Shown: positions 22,301-32,339, counted from the stretch's first letter. The stretch is DNA of 64,000 nt from Acidithiobacillus sp. (GCA_041676785.1 JBAYRF010000004.1:69584-133583); one strand, 5' to 3'. The notes: generated from the sequence alone by a model not told the origin. Numbers and translations are program-made.

Positions 22301-24764
22301 GAGTAATGCGGCTGCTCACTGGACGGCCAGAGGGCTCGTTGATAGCGACTGCCACATGCGCCTCCAGAAAACGGGTGCTGTCCGGCATTTTCTTTAAATC
22401 AATGGGTACGTTAGTGAGGCCCATGGCGTCGGTTTCTGGCAGCGTGAGATCTTGCACCGGTGCCGTAAACACCTCGCCATGCAGGCCGAATTGATAGTGC
22501 TGCCATCGCAGATAAGGGATAGAGCCGCTGCTCAGGCTGATCCGTGCCGTGCCCGACAGATGGGCGCCTGGGGCACCGTAGAGATAACGTACATGCACCG
22601 GCCACTGCACCTGTTGACCCGCCGGAATGGGCTTGGCGTTGCCCAGTTCGACGGCCAAAGTCGGCGGTACAAAGGCCGATACCGTAAAGGTTTCCTTCGC
22701 CAGAGTGGACGCATGCACGCCGGTGGACAGGCCCACGCTCCAGTTACCATTCTGCGCCGCCAATGGCAGTTTGACGGGCACCGCAATAGCGTCGTCGTCA
22801 GACAGTTTTGGGACCGTATCCAGAAAAACCTGCCCACCGGGCCGGCGGACGATGAGGTGCAAAGGCAAGTCTAGCGGTTTGCCGGCTGCACTGCGGTAAA
22901 TGGCCGCCACATGCACCGTCTCGCCGGGACGATAAATACCGCAGTCCAGCCACAGGAAAGGGCTGACCGGCTTCAGCGCCGTTCGCCCGGAGATGCCGCG
23001 TCCAGACAGATTCAGCGGCGAGCCCTGGAGGTTAAAGAGGGTGAACTCCTTACCGGGACCATAAATGTGTAGTGCGGCCGGAATCTGCCCGCCGCTACCC
23101 TGCAGGATGGGCTTCGGGAAGACAGCAATACCGTCGCTGTTGGTCTGCACGGTCTGCAAGACATCGTTGTCTTGTGCAATAAGCTCGACTTTGATGCCGC
23201 TCCATGGGCTGGCGTCCGTATAGCGACGTATCTGCACATACAAGCCGTTTTGCCCCTGCCAGACCGTCGGTGCCAGATTGGTGCGCAACACCAGTTGCAC
23301 GGTGTCGAGGCTGCTGTTGGCATTGGGTGTACCGTCCCCAGGGTTGATTTGGATCGCATAGAGCCCTGGTTTTTGGAGAATTTTTGGTAGTGGCAAGATC
23401 GTGTGCATCAATCGGTTCTGCGTGAAATGCGGGATGTCTGCCGTCCCGTGCCAGACCGTCAGGCTATTCCGATTAGTCAGGGTGGATTGTTCGCTATCTT
23501 GATTGAGTAAAGGGTGATTGGCGACAAAAGCCAGCAGAGCGCGTTCCGGCACTCGATTGATCTGTAGTTTGACCCGCGAAATATTGACGCTGGAAAAGCC
23601 CACTGCCGGTGGTAGTGATGCCGGAATAATAAAGCGTCCGGTATCGGAGATAATATTGGGCGAGCGATTGGATAGGTTTAATGTAAGGCTTTTCGCCTTG
23701 GTCATGACCGCTCCAGCAATGGCAGGCAGGCCCGCTCGAATGTGCATTTGTGTGCTGCTGCCCGCCGGCAAACCGGTGACGCAAATGCCACCGTTTTCGC
23801 GGACCACCGCCGCATGGGGCCGGGCGGGAGAAAAAGTGACCCAGTTACTGGCATGAAAATCCGGTGCCTCGGAGAGTGGGGCGGTAAACTTCACACAGGT
23901 ACGGGTTGGGAACTGGTTGGCATCGGGGGTAACGCTGCGCACCTGGAAGCCATAGCTGGTCACCGCTTTTTTCAGATCTGCGGCAATCTGCGCATCTTTG
24001 GGATAAGCACGAAACATGGCCTCCAGCAAACGAATTTCGCCCAGATGATTACCTCGTGCCGCCAAGGTTTGCCGGAGGAGATTCAGCGTAGGAAGCAATA
24101 TGCCGACATCGGGTTCATGCTGCTGAGTGGTACGCTCGTAGGCGATATAAGCGGCATAAGTGATATCTTTCTCAAACGGCGCACCATTTTTGCGTATGGC
24201 GTTGGCGAGGTGCCACCAGATCTGCGGATCGCTGTTGTTGCCTAGGGCGATACGTTGCTGGTAATCGGTGACGGCTGATGACCAGTCGCCCGCAGCGTAA
24301 GCCTTTTCTGCTTTGTCCAAGGCCTGGGTACGTTGCTGCTTTTGCCAAGCTGAGTGTTCGGTCTGGAGGCGTGCGGCTTTGGCTGTGTCGCCCGCTTTCA
24401 ATGCCGCGCGAATCGCTTGATTGTTGTCTTCGTCCGCCGCACGGAAGCTGTCTCCCAGATTAGAGGATTCCAGATCACTGGCATAAGTCTCCGCATCGTT
24501 TCCCAAGCCGGGTAGGGCGCGAGACAGGTTGACCAAAGGAAACGTAGTAACGCTGCTCACGGAGTTCGTCCGTGTTTTGGGGGTGAGCGAGGCGTCGTTG
24601 TCGTTACGTTTTGCTTGCGCGGAGGTGGTACCAGCGCTCGGCGTGGCAGAGTCCGTGCCCAGTATACCCTTGCCGGTGATGGCCCAAGCCGCAAAGCCGA
24701 TGACCACAATCAGTAATGCTGCTGCTGTCAGTATAATCCGGCGACGGCTTTTGCCTTGTGGCAT
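19320..24764 (-). CDS. Bacterial alpha-2-macroglobulin (YfhM-like) with N-terminal TPR-like segment; thioester motif degenerate
   Basis: IYRPGE, YVTLAAVDKGIL, FNGELHLMA, DGAFGLW, LTAFATEFL, C-terminal RAVTPG; paired with pbpC. Confidence 0.93.
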   Translation of the reverse strand: MPQGKSRRRIILTAAALLIVVIGFAAWAITGKGILGTDSATPSAGTTSAQAKRNDNDASLTPKTRTNSVSSVTTFPLVNLSRALPGLGNDAETYASDLESSNLGDSFRAADEDNNQAIRAALKAGDTAKAARLQTEHSAWQKQQRTQALDKAEKAYAAGDWSSAVTDYQQRIALGNNSDPQIWWHLANAIRKNGAPFEKDITYAAYIAYERTTQQHEPDVGILLPTLNLLRQTLAARGNHLGEIRLLEAMFRAYPKDAQIAADLKKAVTSYGFQVRSVTPDANQFPTRTCVKFTAPLSEAPDFHASNWVTFSPARPHAAVVRENGGICVTGLPAGSSTQMHIRAGLPAIAGAVMTKAKSLTLNLSNRSPNIISDTGRFIIPASLPPAVGFSSVNISRVKLQINRVPERALLAFVANHPLLNQDSEQSTLTNRNSLTVWHGTADIPHFTQNRLMHTILPLPKILQKPGLYAIQINPGDGTPNANSSLDTVQLVLRTNLAPTVWQGQNGLYVQIRRYTDASPWSGIKVELIAQDNDVLQTVQTNSDGIAVFPKPILQGSGGQIPAALHIYGPGKEFTLFNLQGSPLNLSGRGISGRTALKPVSPFLWLDCGIYRPGETVHVAAIYRSAAGKPLDLPLHLIVRRPGGQVFLDTVPKLSDDDAIAVPVKLPLAAQNGNWSVGLSTGVHASTLAKETFTVSAFVPPTLAVELGNAKPIPAGQQVQWPVHVRYLYGAPGAHLSGTARISLSSGSIPYLRWQHYQFGLHGEVFTAPVQDLTLPETDAMGLTNVPIDLKKMPDSTRFLEAHVAVAINEPSGRPVSSRITLPITPDHPLIGIKSGFEDETVAAGKIPVFHIVAVAPDGKARVMPVQIQVVRQSSEWNISLHHGVASWGYTYINHPVLTKEVTMPAGRPYTLQLPVLDYGRYRLRVIEAHGGLAASSVIFYSGWQTSSNPDAPQRVSVRSGAAEYAAGSTADIHVSAPFSGPAVLVIANDKILKVKNFILPKGGSTLHVQVQQSWGAGAYALVDVFRPASATEAPERAIGLTWLGLQPGHRAIPVHFTVHPVYRPRQTIRISVKTRPGAYVTLAAVDKGILNLTQFPNPNPLHHFFGKRRLDISVFDDYGALLARPTGFEALLQNGAGANFGPAARPIPQKVVALFAGPVQANGEGIAELPLTVPEFNGELHLMAVTWKGDAVGAGDTSIIVRNRLIANLLLPRFLSLGDSAQATVMLQNLKLPAGVYHSQVTATGPIRVGNNSRNEASLKPQVMRLLPVTLTGTGEGTAHLTLTVTGPRDYHLVRHWNMVVHSTQPSISKNHNLRLRAAGQHTLQPDTQDFIPGSTVSAVTLGNTMPFNPKAYVQAMYQGWHCNSLLNAASKGLPLTVLKPPLITPQRAAKLQDYVNQVLNYQRYDGAFGLWSNNGEAQPWLTAFATEFLLRAQKAGAGVPQPTINQALHWLSEEVENEDHAVFDRIYAVYDLSLAGKPPAGAIRMLARHMNQISMPLALAQLGSALNTIGEPHPALTALRKAIKTQEPVNGDRWWGRSDWDAAFGSPLRDAWAVPTIIAQTGLMPDAMTKLRQDLPGAGLEPDGLTTQELAWALYADGVLGGAGQTVHVQWGNQVIQRIGPVVLPLTGPMALRNLSKETLPVSLATTGITLTPPPAATHGMEVSRAFYTLAGKPLKPESLPQNTVFVVVLKGAITDNLPHRALLDMGLPPGWELAGSVTPGNVHGLSWLHHLTTPEATAATDDRYEAAFQMAPTNNDAFNGNGVPDFKTAILLRAVTPGQYALPGVTVSDLFHPSLFARTAGRKVAVTPPAP

Positions 24765-24957
24765 TGTCGGGTTCCCTTTTTATTCAGTACGTTAGTGGCT
24801 ACCAAGGTTGGGCGGTGTGGGGTAGAATCTTTAGTACTAAAGCCCCTAGATTGTGCCAGAAATCTGACCGGATCAACAAGACGGATACGACGGAGAAGGC
24901 CCACACTTCTAGAGCAAATAGCGAATGGATTTGCGACGGTTGGCAAGCTGTGGACAA

Positions 24958-24983
24958 TAAAAAAGAGCGGCGAACCGCTCTTT
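24958..24983 (-). terminator. Rho-independent terminator downstream of sod
   Basis: AAAGAGCGG-CGAA-CCGCTCTTT, with a T-run on the minus strand. Confidence 0.75.
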
Positions 24984-25006
24984 CAGATAATGCCGCTGCG
25001 ACTGAT

Positions 25007-25624
25007 TTAGAAGCGCTTGAAAACTTGCCCGCTTTTAGCAGCCTGGAAGCGTGCTTCAACGACGCTCCAGTTCATGTTTTTATGCACAGCGGCGAGATAG
25101 TCTGCGCGACCCATAGCCTTCCAGTCCACCATATAGGCATGCTCCCACACGTCCACGACCACCAGCGGAATAAAGCCGCCCACATTACCATCCTCATGAA
25201 GCTGAATGAAATGGTTGTTGATCTGGCCCGTGGTCCCATCGTAATAGGCAATCGCCCAACCAATCGCACGGCTCTTGGCAGCAGACATCAGATCTTCGTG
25301 CCATGCTTCGGCGCTACCGAACTGCTCATGGACTGCGGCCTTGAACCCCGGTGCTTGGTCAATGGTAAAACCGGGCTTGAGCTGGGCGAAGTAGTATTCG
25401 TGCAACACCATGCCGTTATATTCAAAACCGAAGCGCCGCCGGCGATCCGCATAATTCAATGAGGCCGTCTTGCCCGCCGCACGCAGCTCGGCCAACTCCT
25501 TGTGCAGCGCATTGCTCTGGTTGACGTAACCCGTGTACAGGCCCCAGTGATCATTGATCTGGGCATCGGTAATACCATCCAGACCGCTGGGCTTCAATTC
25601 TTCGCGAACAGTATATTCGGACAT
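25007..25624 (-). CDS. Fe/Mn-family superoxide dismutase
   Basis: Metal ligands in NDHW..Y..YV, LHEYYF, DVWEHAY. Confidence 0.92.
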   Translation of the reverse strand: MSEYTVREELKPSGLDGITDAQINDHWGLYTGYVNQSNALHKELAELRAAGKTASLNYADRRRRFGFEYNGMVLHEYYFAQLKPGFTIDQAPGFKAAVHEQFGSAEAWHEDLMSAAKSRAIGWAIAYYDGTTGQINNHFIQLHEDGNVGGFIPLVVVDVWEHAYMVDWKAMGRADYLAAVHKNMNWSVVEARFQAAKSGQVFKRF

Positions 25625-25739
25625 TCTTCACTCTCCTGATAAACAGTTTAGAAGGAAACTCCCTTGATTGTAGTCAGTGGCAGTGCTGCCTGCAAACGAC
25701 CTCGCAGTCGTCTGACGTAATCTCTAACTACGATTTTGC

Positions 25740-25768
25740 TTGACAGGATTCTGCCCCTTGCCTAGCTT
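25740..25768 (+). promoter_or_regulatory. Candidate sigma70 promoter for hda
   Basis: TTGACA-N17-TAGCTT, about 110 nt upstream of the hda start. Confidence 0.5.
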
Positions 25769-25884
25769 GAGTTCAACGAATCTGCCCAATGAATGGATAT
25801 TTTGCAATGGTTGCTCATGCCGATGTGCGCTTGAGTATGGGTAGAAAAGCACTATACGCGGTGTCTGGATAAGGTTTTTGCATC

Positions 25885-26604
25885 ATGATTGGCGGTTCCC
25901 GACAAATCCCGCTGCCCCTTGGCTTGGGCAAGCAAGTGACGCTTGAAGACTATTACCCCGGTCGCAATGGCGCAGCGCTGGCGGCGGTGCGTGGATTATT
26001 GCAGGAGACTGCGCATTGCTGCGTCTATCTTTATGGACCTGCTGGGGTGGGTAAGAGTCATCTGCTGCTAGGCGCTGCTCACCATGCACCAGAGTGGTGC
26101 CCCTATCTGGATGGCCTCGACCCGGAGTGGATCACCAGTATGGGGGATGATCCGCTGGCCTATTCGCAGTGGGTGGAAGCGCCGTTACTTTGTGTTGATC
26201 ATGTGGATGCCTGGGCCGGGCATCCACATGCCGAAATGTGGCTTTTCCGAGTATACAACGCGCGCTTGCGGGAGCGGCGTCCGATGTTATTAGCGGGTCG
26301 GGACGCATCTACCCTGATTGATTGGCACCTGCCCGACTGGGCCAGTCGTATGGGTGCTTGCTTGTCGATTCCGCTCTGCTTGCAGGATGATGATGAAAAA
26401 ATAGCGATTCTTCAAGAGATGTCCAAGCGTCGAGGCCTGCGTATGGACACGGAAGTCGCGCTTTATCTCCTTCGGCATCAGTCCCGCGATCTCGCCGCTT
26501 TGGAGCAGTTGTTAATCGTGCTGGATTTGCGCAGTTGGGAGGAACAAAGGGTGCTCACGATCCCCTTTATCCGGCATTGTCTCGAAACGGTGAGGCACGA
26601 ATGA
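25885..26604 (+). CDS. hda: DnaA regulatory inactivator Hda
   Basis: Clamp-binding-like QIPLPL, GPAGVGKSHL, LPDWASRM, SRDLAAL, LTIPFI. Confidence 0.9.
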   Translation: MIGGSRQIPLPLGLGKQVTLEDYYPGRNGAALAAVRGLLQETAHCCVYLYGPAGVGKSHLLLGAAHHAPEWCPYLDGLDPEWITSMGDDPLAYSQWVEAPLLCVDHVDAWAGHPHAEMWLFRVYNARLRERRPMLLAGRDASTLIDWHLPDWASRMGACLSIPLCLQDDDEKIAILQEMSKRRGLRMDTEVALYLLRHQSRDLAALEQLLIVLDLRSWEEQRVLTIPFIRHCLETVRHE

Positions 26605-27479
26605 CGGCGCCCAAGCCTCCGCAGCAATGTTTTCGCCGCAAAACCCCAAAACTTTTACGGTCAACCCCGGATAAACCAGGTATCTGGAAAAAACTTTTCT
26701 CGCGCCTTTATCGCGCGGGCCACGGATTTTGGTCAGACGATTGCACGGACCGGGCGGGTCTCTTGGCGTATACGACACTTTTTGGTCTCATACCATTGGT
26801 CGTTCTGATTTTCAGTTTATGGAATCTGATTGGTTTTAGTCTGCTGCATCGGGCTCAGGTGGATCAACTGATCCTGCGTAGCTTTATTCCCCAGACGGGA
26901 TATACGATTTTGAATAAAATCAATATGCTTGCCGAGCGAGGGAGCCAACTCAGTTGGTTTGGCATATTGGGACTTGGGATAACGGCGATTTTTTTGTTGC
27001 ACGCCGTGGAACGGCACTTTAACGCGATCTGGGGAGTAACCCCGCACTGCCTGGGATGCAGAGTTTTGCGTTACCTCCTCATGCTGGTGGTAGGTCCGCT
27101 CGCCATCACGCTGATTCTTCCGCTCATGGGTCCTGTCCAGCCTTTATGGGCTTATTTGGGGCACATTCCGGTTATGCCTTCTTTTTTGGAGCCGTTATTG
27201 GCTTTTCTGATTGTGACCGTCATGATGACCTTGCTTTATAAAATACTGCCAGCAGCAACCACGCGCTGGCGCGACGTGTTTCTGGGCGGAATCACTACGG
27301 CACTGCTTTTCGAAATATCAAAAATCGGCTTGGCGGGGTATTTACGTTTTTCTACTTTTGAAACCCTCTACGGTGCGCTTGGTGCTTTTCCGATCTTCCT
27401 GCTCTGGCTTTATATAGCGTGGGCGAGCATCCTGTTTGGTGCCGAAATGGCCGCTGCAGACCGCGAACATACTGCATAA
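26601..27479 (+). CDS. YihY / BrkB-family membrane protein
   Basis: AGLLAYTTLFGLIP, LYGALGAFPIFLLWLY..W..ILFGAE. Confidence 0.9.
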   Translation: MTAPKPPQQCFRRKTPKLLRSTPDKPGIWKKLFSRLYRAGHGFWSDDCTDRAGLLAYTTLFGLIPLVVLIFSLWNLIGFSLLHRAQVDQLILRSFIPQTGYTILNKINMLAERGSQLSWFGILGLGITAIFLLHAVERHFNAIWGVTPHCLGCRVLRYLLMLVVGPLAITLILPLMGPVQPLWAYLGHIPVMPSFLEPLLAFLIVTVMMTLLYKILPAATTRWRDVFLGGITTALLFEISKIGLAGYLRFSTFETLYGALGAFPIFLLWLYIAWASILFGAEMAAADREHTA

Positions 27480-27545
27480 AGGGGCGACGTGACGGGGTGG
27501 CGGTATCGTTCAATAGCTTACCTACGTTATTGCATGGATAAACGC

Positions 27546-27574
27546 TTTACTTGATGTCTCGTGGTCGCTAATAT
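27546..27574 (+). promoter_or_regulatory. Candidate sigma70 promoter of the yceD-rpmF-fab operon
   Basis: TTTACT-N17-TAATAT followed by a GC-rich discriminator. Confidence 0.45.
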
Positions 27575-27583
27575 GCCGCGCTT

Positions 27584-28045
27584 ATGTTTTCTGCGAATGC
27601 TCTACGTTTGCCGCTTTCCCGAATCTCGGTTCATGGCGACCGTCTTCAAGGAAGTGCAGCGGTCAACTCCTGGTCACGGCTTAAAGCGGTGATGTTGCAG
27701 GTGGACACCGTTGCCGTGGCCGTGGATCTCACGCGCAAGGGGCAGGTAGTACTTGCTGAAGGGGTATTACAACTATCCGGTACGCTCCGATGTGAGCGTT
27801 GTCTGGGGGCTATGCCGCTGATGCTCACGGTGCCCGTAAGGAGTGGTTTGGCAGATTTGGAATCGGCAGTGTTGGCGCTGGACCCGAATCTGGAGGTGGT
27901 GTTGGCAGAAAATGGGTTTATCGATCAACAAAGTTGGCTCGAAGACGAGGTTTTGTTGGCGCTGCCCATGGTTCCGCGTTGCGCGGAGTGGCAGTCAGGG
28001 GTTTGTCCCGTTTCTGGACGCGAACCGTTGACCGAGTTTCATTGA
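27584..28045 (+). CDS. yceD: YceD / DUF177 protein
   Basis: CERC, LEDEVLLALPMVP, position before rpmF. Confidence 0.85.
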   Translation: MFSANALRLPLSRISVHGDRLQGSAAVNSWSRLKAVMLQVDTVAVAVDLTRKGQVVLAEGVLQLSGTLRCERCLGAMPLMLTVPVRSGLADLESAVLALDPNLEVVLAENGFIDQQSWLEDEVLLALPMVPRCAEWQSGVCPVSGREPLTEFH

Positions 28046-28082
28046 AAGATTGTACATTGAACTGATTGGGAGAAATTGAGTC

Positions 28083-28268
28083 ATGGCCGTTCCACAAAGT
28101 AAAACATCACATTCCCGTCGTAATATGCGGCGTGCCCACGATTTTCTGGTAACCGTTAATCGTTCGGTATGCGCTAATTGTGGGGCTGCCAAGCTACCGC
28201 ATCACGTTTGCCCGGAATGCGGTTTCTACAAAGGTCGAGAAATTGTCAAGAAGGCTGTCGAAGCCTGA
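28083..28268 (+). CDS. rpmF: 50S ribosomal protein L32
   Basis: [19 protein letters not shown], zinc-type CxxC..HxxCxxC. Confidence 0.97.
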   Translation: MAVPQSKTSHSRRNMRRAHDFLVTVNRSVCANCGAAKLPHHVCPECGFYKGREIVKKAVEA

Positions 28269-28305
28269 TTGGTTTGTTGACGCATAGCGCTCCCGGAGTA
28301 TCACG

Positions 28306-29331
28306 ATGCCGCATATAGCGGTGGACGCCATGAGTGGTGACTCTGGCCCTGCGACAGTCATTCCCGCCATCCGTGATTTGCTGCACGCGCACCCTGATGT
28401 CGTTTTTCATCTGGTGGGTGACGCAGAAATCTTGAAGGCAGAATTGCAGCGCGTGCATCTCCAAGGTTCCGCGCAAATACAAGTGCACCATGCCAGTCAG
28501 ATCGTGGCGATGGATGAAGCCCCTTCCCAGGCATTGCGGAGTAAGCGCGATTCTTCCATGCATATCGCCATTGGCTTGCTGCGAGAAGGGCATGCCGATG
28601 CGGTGGTCAGCGCGGGGAATACGGGTGCGCTGATGGCCCTGGGTAAAGTTTTTCTGCGCACGATTCCAGGCATAGACCGGCCAGCAATTGCGGCGTTTTT
28701 GCCGACCACCACGGGGCGATTTCTGGCGCTGGACCTAGGCGCGAACGTCGATTGTCATCCCGAGCATCTCCTGCAGTTTGCGGTCATGGGGTCTATCCTT
28801 GCAGAACGGGTGATGGGTATAGCCAAACCAAAAGTTGCACTCCTGAATATTGGCTCCGAAGAAATCAAGGGTAACGAACAAGTCAAGGATGCGGCGGTGT
28901 TGCTGCGTGCCGCGCGCCTCAATTTTATTGGTAATGTCGAGGGTTCGGATATTTATCGAGGCGTAGCTGATGTGGTGGTCTGCGATGGTTTTGTGGGTAA
29001 TGTGGCCTTGAAAACTTCGGAAGGTCTCGCTGCCATGATTAGTCATGAGTTACGCGCCAGCTACACGACCGGGACCTACGGTAAGCTGGCCTACTTGGTG
29101 AACCGTCCTATTCTGCAACGTTTGCGGCGGCGGCTGGACTCACGTCAATACAATGGGGCTACGCTTTTGGGATTGAACGGCATCGTCATTAAAAGTCATG
29201 GAAATGCGGATCGGTTTGCTTTTGCTCGGGCCGTAGAAGTCGCTATTGCCGAAGCCAAACATCGTCTGACTCTGCGCATCGCTGAAGTCATTCAGGAAAG
29301 CTTGGACCCCACGGTGCGAAACAGCGCGTGA
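28306..29331 (+). CDS. plsX: Phosphate acyltransferase
   Basis: [36 protein letters not shown]. Confidence 0.97.
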   Translation: MPHIAVDAMSGDSGPATVIPAIRDLLHAHPDVVFHLVGDAEILKAELQRVHLQGSAQIQVHHASQIVAMDEAPSQALRSKRDSSMHIAIGLLREGHADAVVSAGNTGALMALGKVFLRTIPGIDRPAIAAFLPTTTGRFLALDLGANVDCHPEHLLQFAVMGSILAERVMGIAKPKVALLNIGSEEIKGNEQVKDAAVLLRAARLNFIGNVEGSDIYRGVADVVVCDGFVGNVALKTSEGLAAMISHELRASYTTGTYGKLAYLVNRPILQRLRRRLDSRQYNGATLLGLNGIVIKSHGNADRFAFARAVEVAIAEAKHRLTLRIAEVIQESLDPTVRNSA

Positions 29332-30272
29332 AGCCACTATACAGTCGTATAATTGCCACGGGCGGATACTTGCCCGAACGGATACTCCATAATCAGGACC
29401 TAGAGCATATGGTGGATACCAGTGATGCGTGGATTTTTGCACGCACCGGTATTCGTTCTCGTCATATCGCGGGTGACGGAGAAAAAACCGTCGATATGGC
29501 AGAGCACGCCGCCCGACAAGCTTTAGCCGATGCGCAAATCGACATTCAGGATGTCGACTTAATTATTGTTGCCACGACGACCCCTGATCAGATTTTTCCA
29601 AGTACCGCCTGCTTATTGCAAGCACGACTCGGTAATCATGGTGCTCCGGCCTTTGATATACAGGCGGTTTGTACGGGTTTTATCTATGCTTTGGCCACCG
29701 CCGATCGGTTTATTCGCAGTGGTGGTGCGAGGACGGCGCTGGTGGTCGGCGTGGAGACGATGTCTCGTATTGTCGACTGGACGGACCGGAGCACCTGTAT
29801 TCTCTTTGGTGATGGAGCTGGAGCCGTGGTTTTGCAGGCCAGTGATGCACCGGGCATCATCTCGACGCATCTTCACGCAGATGGCGCTTATGCGGATTTG
29901 TTGCAGGTGCCTGGCGGCGAATCGCAACTGACCATGCAGGGTAATGCGGTATTCCGCATGGCCGTGCGCACGCTGGGCGAAATCGTCCAAGAAACCCTCG
30001 CCGAAAATAATCTCGAACCCGATGCGGTGGACTGGTTGGTACCGCATCAGGCCAATATCCGCATTATTCAGGCTACGGCTGACAAACTGGGGTTACCGAT
30101 GGAGCGGGTCGTGACGACTGTTGATCATCATGGTAATACTTCAGCAGCATCGGTACCGCTGGCGCTGGATGACGCCGCCCGGCGGGGCTGCTTCAAACCG
30201 GGTCAGCTCTTGTTATTAGAAGCCTTTGGTGGCGGCTTTACTTGGGGTTCGGCATTATTGCGCTGGAGTTGA
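29328..30272 (+). CDS. fabH: 3-oxoacyl-ACP synthase III
   Basis: [26 protein letters not shown]. Confidence 0.97.
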   Translation: MKPLYSRIIATGGYLPERILHNQDLEHMVDTSDAWIFARTGIRSRHIAGDGEKTVDMAEHAARQALADAQIDIQDVDLIIVATTTPDQIFPSTACLLQARLGNHGAPAFDIQAVCTGFIYALATADRFIRSGGARTALVVGVETMSRIVDWTDRSTCILFGDGAGAVVLQASDAPGIISTHLHADGAYADLLQVPGGESQLTMQGNAVFRMAVRTLGEIVQETLAENNLEPDAVDWLVPHQANIRIIQATADKLGLPMERVVTTVDHHGNTSAASVPLALDDAARRGCFKPGQLLLLEAFGGGFTWGSALLRWS

Positions 30273-30321
30273 TCGTTTTGATCAGGTTCTGATCGACTTA
30301 TTGTTTTAGGAGGAGGTTCGC

Positions 30322-31257
30322 TTGCACGGCTCTATCGCCTTTATATTCCCCGGACAGGGTTCGCAATCCATCAATATGCTGGCCGATTTGGCAGCTGCGC
30401 AACCCTTGGTGAAAGACGTTTTTGTTGAAGCTTCTGACTTGCTTGGAGAAGATCTTTGGGCGCTTACTCAGAATGGTCCCATCGAAAAATTACAGCAGAC
30501 CCGCTGGACGCAGCCTGTGATGCTGGCGGCAGGCTATGCCGTATATCGAGTCTGGGAAGAAGAGGGCGGTGCTTATCCTGATTTTGTGGCCGGACATTCT
30601 TTGGGGGAATATACGGCGCTCGTGGTGGCGGAAGCCCTGGATTTTGCAGATGCCGTATCTCTGGTTGCTGAACGGGGTCGTCTGATGCAAGAAGCCGTGC
30701 CCGAGGGCGCGGGTGGAATGGCGGCGGTGATTGGCCTGGGCGATGACGATATTAAGCGATTGTGCGTGCAGGAATCCCAGAATGACGTACTGTCCGCTGT
30801 CAACTTTAACGCGCCCGGTCAGGTCGTGGTGGCGGGTAATCTGGAGGCGGTCGAGCGTCTGGTTGAGGCGGCGCGCGGGGCTGGTGCTAAACGAGTAGTG
30901 ATGTTGCCGGTGAGTGTGCCGAGTCATTGCAGTCTGATGGCGCCAGCGGCCGAGAGCTTCAAAGAAAAACTGGCGGGGGTGTCGTTTCGTGCGCCCAAGA
31001 CCATCGTGATACATAATGCGGATGTGCAAAGTCATGCCACACCAGAGGCTATTCGGTCCGCACTAACCAAACAGTTGTATAGTCCGGTGCGCTGGACGGA
31101 CACGATTCGTCATCTGGCTCGGCAGGGAGCGTTGACTTTTGTGGAAATGGGGCCGGGCCGGGTGCTTTCGGGTCTAGGTAAGCGCATCGAGCCCTCTCTG
31201 ACCATGTTGCATGTCGAAGACTCCAAAAGCCTCAAAGCGGCTCTGGAGCTGGTCTGA
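30322..31257 (+). CDS. fabD: Malonyl-CoA:ACP transacylase
   Basis: FPGQGSQ, GHSLGE, VPSH. Confidence 0.97.
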   Translation: MHGSIAFIFPGQGSQSINMLADLAAAQPLVKDVFVEASDLLGEDLWALTQNGPIEKLQQTRWTQPVMLAAGYAVYRVWEEEGGAYPDFVAGHSLGEYTALVVAEALDFADAVSLVAERGRLMQEAVPEGAGGMAAVIGLGDDDIKRLCVQESQNDVLSAVNFNAPGQVVVAGNLEAVERLVEAARGAGAKRVVMLPVSVPSHCSLMAPAAESFKEKLAGVSFRAPKTIVIHNADVQSHATPEAIRSALTKQLYSPVRWTDTIRHLARQGALTFVEMGPGRVLSGLGKRIEPSLTMLHVEDSKSLKAALELV

Positions 31258-32006
31258 TGGGAGATTCACTAGAGGGTCATGTCGTACTGGTTACCGGAGG
31301 AAGCCGGGGCATCGGTCGGGAAATTGCCCAGGTACTAGGTCGCCAAGGTGCGCTGGTGGTTGCTACGGCGACCAGCGCGGCAGGTGCGGAAAAGATCAGT
31401 GCGGACTTTGCCCAGCAGGGAATTCGCGGTCACGGCATGGTTCTGAATGTGACCGATGATGCAGCCATGGATTTTTGTCTGGAGGATATTCAATCGCAAT
31501 ATGGTGCCCCCAGTATATTGATCAACAATGCAGGGATCACCCGCGACCAATTGTTGTTACGGATGAAAGATGCGGATTGGGACGCGGTCATCGCGACCAA
31601 TTTGCGAGCCGTCTATCGCCTGAGCAGACTTTGCATGCGCGAGATGCTGAAAGCGCGTTTTGGTCGTATTATTAACATCACGTCTGTTGTGGGCAGTATG
31701 GGTAATGCGGGGCAGACGAATTATGCGGCCGCCAAGGCCGGTGTGGCAGGGTTTACCCGCGCGCTGGCCAGAGAGGTCGCCGCTCGCCAGGTGACTGTGA
31801 ATTGTGTTGCCCCAGGCTTTATCAGTACGGATATGACCGAAGGGCTGAGTGACGCGCACAAGGAAGCTCTGCTTCAGAGCATTCCTGCGGGAAGGCTGGG
31901 TACCGTGGCAGACGTAGCTGCTGCAGTAGCCTATCTGGCCAGCCCGCAGGCGAGCTATGTCACGGGTCAAATATTGCATGTCAATGGTGGCATGTGGATG
32001 AATTAG
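31257..32006 (+). CDS. fabG: 3-oxoacyl-ACP reductase
   Basis: TGGSRGIG, NNAGITRD, YAAAK. Confidence 0.97.
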   Translation: MGDSLEGHVVLVTGGSRGIGREIAQVLGRQGALVVATATSAAGAEKISADFAQQGIRGHGMVLNVTDDAAMDFCLEDIQSQYGAPSILINNAGITRDQLLLRMKDADWDAVIATNLRAVYRLSRLCMREMLKARFGRIINITSVVGSMGNAGQTNYAAAKAGVAGFTRALAREVAARQVTVNCVAPGFISTDMTEGLSDAHKEALLQSIPAGRLGTVADVAAAVAYLASPQASYVTGQILHVNGGMWMN

Positions 32007-32090
32007 TGAATTGTTGGCTTTACAGAACTGTTCCCCCTGTGGTCCAATCTCGCCGACAATAATTTTTTACCAGCAAAGGAGCTTTCCCTA

Positions 32091-32339
32091 ATGGATAATG
32101 TGGCAGAACGTGTCAAGAAAGTGGTCGTTGAGCAGTTGGGTGTTAACGAAGATGAAGTCACGAACGAAGCTTCTTTTGTTGACGATCTGGGTGCGGATTC
32201 CTTGGACACCGTCGAATTGGTGATGGCGTTGGAAGAAGAATTTGACTGCGAAATTCCCGACGAAGAAGCGGAAAAAATTGCCACGGTGCAACAGGCCATT
32301 GATTATGTTTCGGCCCACATGCCCGCCAAGGATGCCTAA
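32091..32339 (+). CDS. acpP: Acyl carrier protein
   Basis: [20 protein letters not shown]. Confidence 0.98.
   Translation: MDNVAERVKKVVVEQLGVNEDEVTNEASFVDDLGADSLDTVELVMALEEEFDCEIPDEEAEKIATVQQAIDYVSAHMPAKDA

Noticed and set aside
17980-22874. Long opposite-strand or alternative-frame ORFs (e.g. 17980-18774, 18212-18988, 21048-21968)
   Set aside because: Shadow ORFs of GC-rich pbpC and macroglobulin genes, with no motifs
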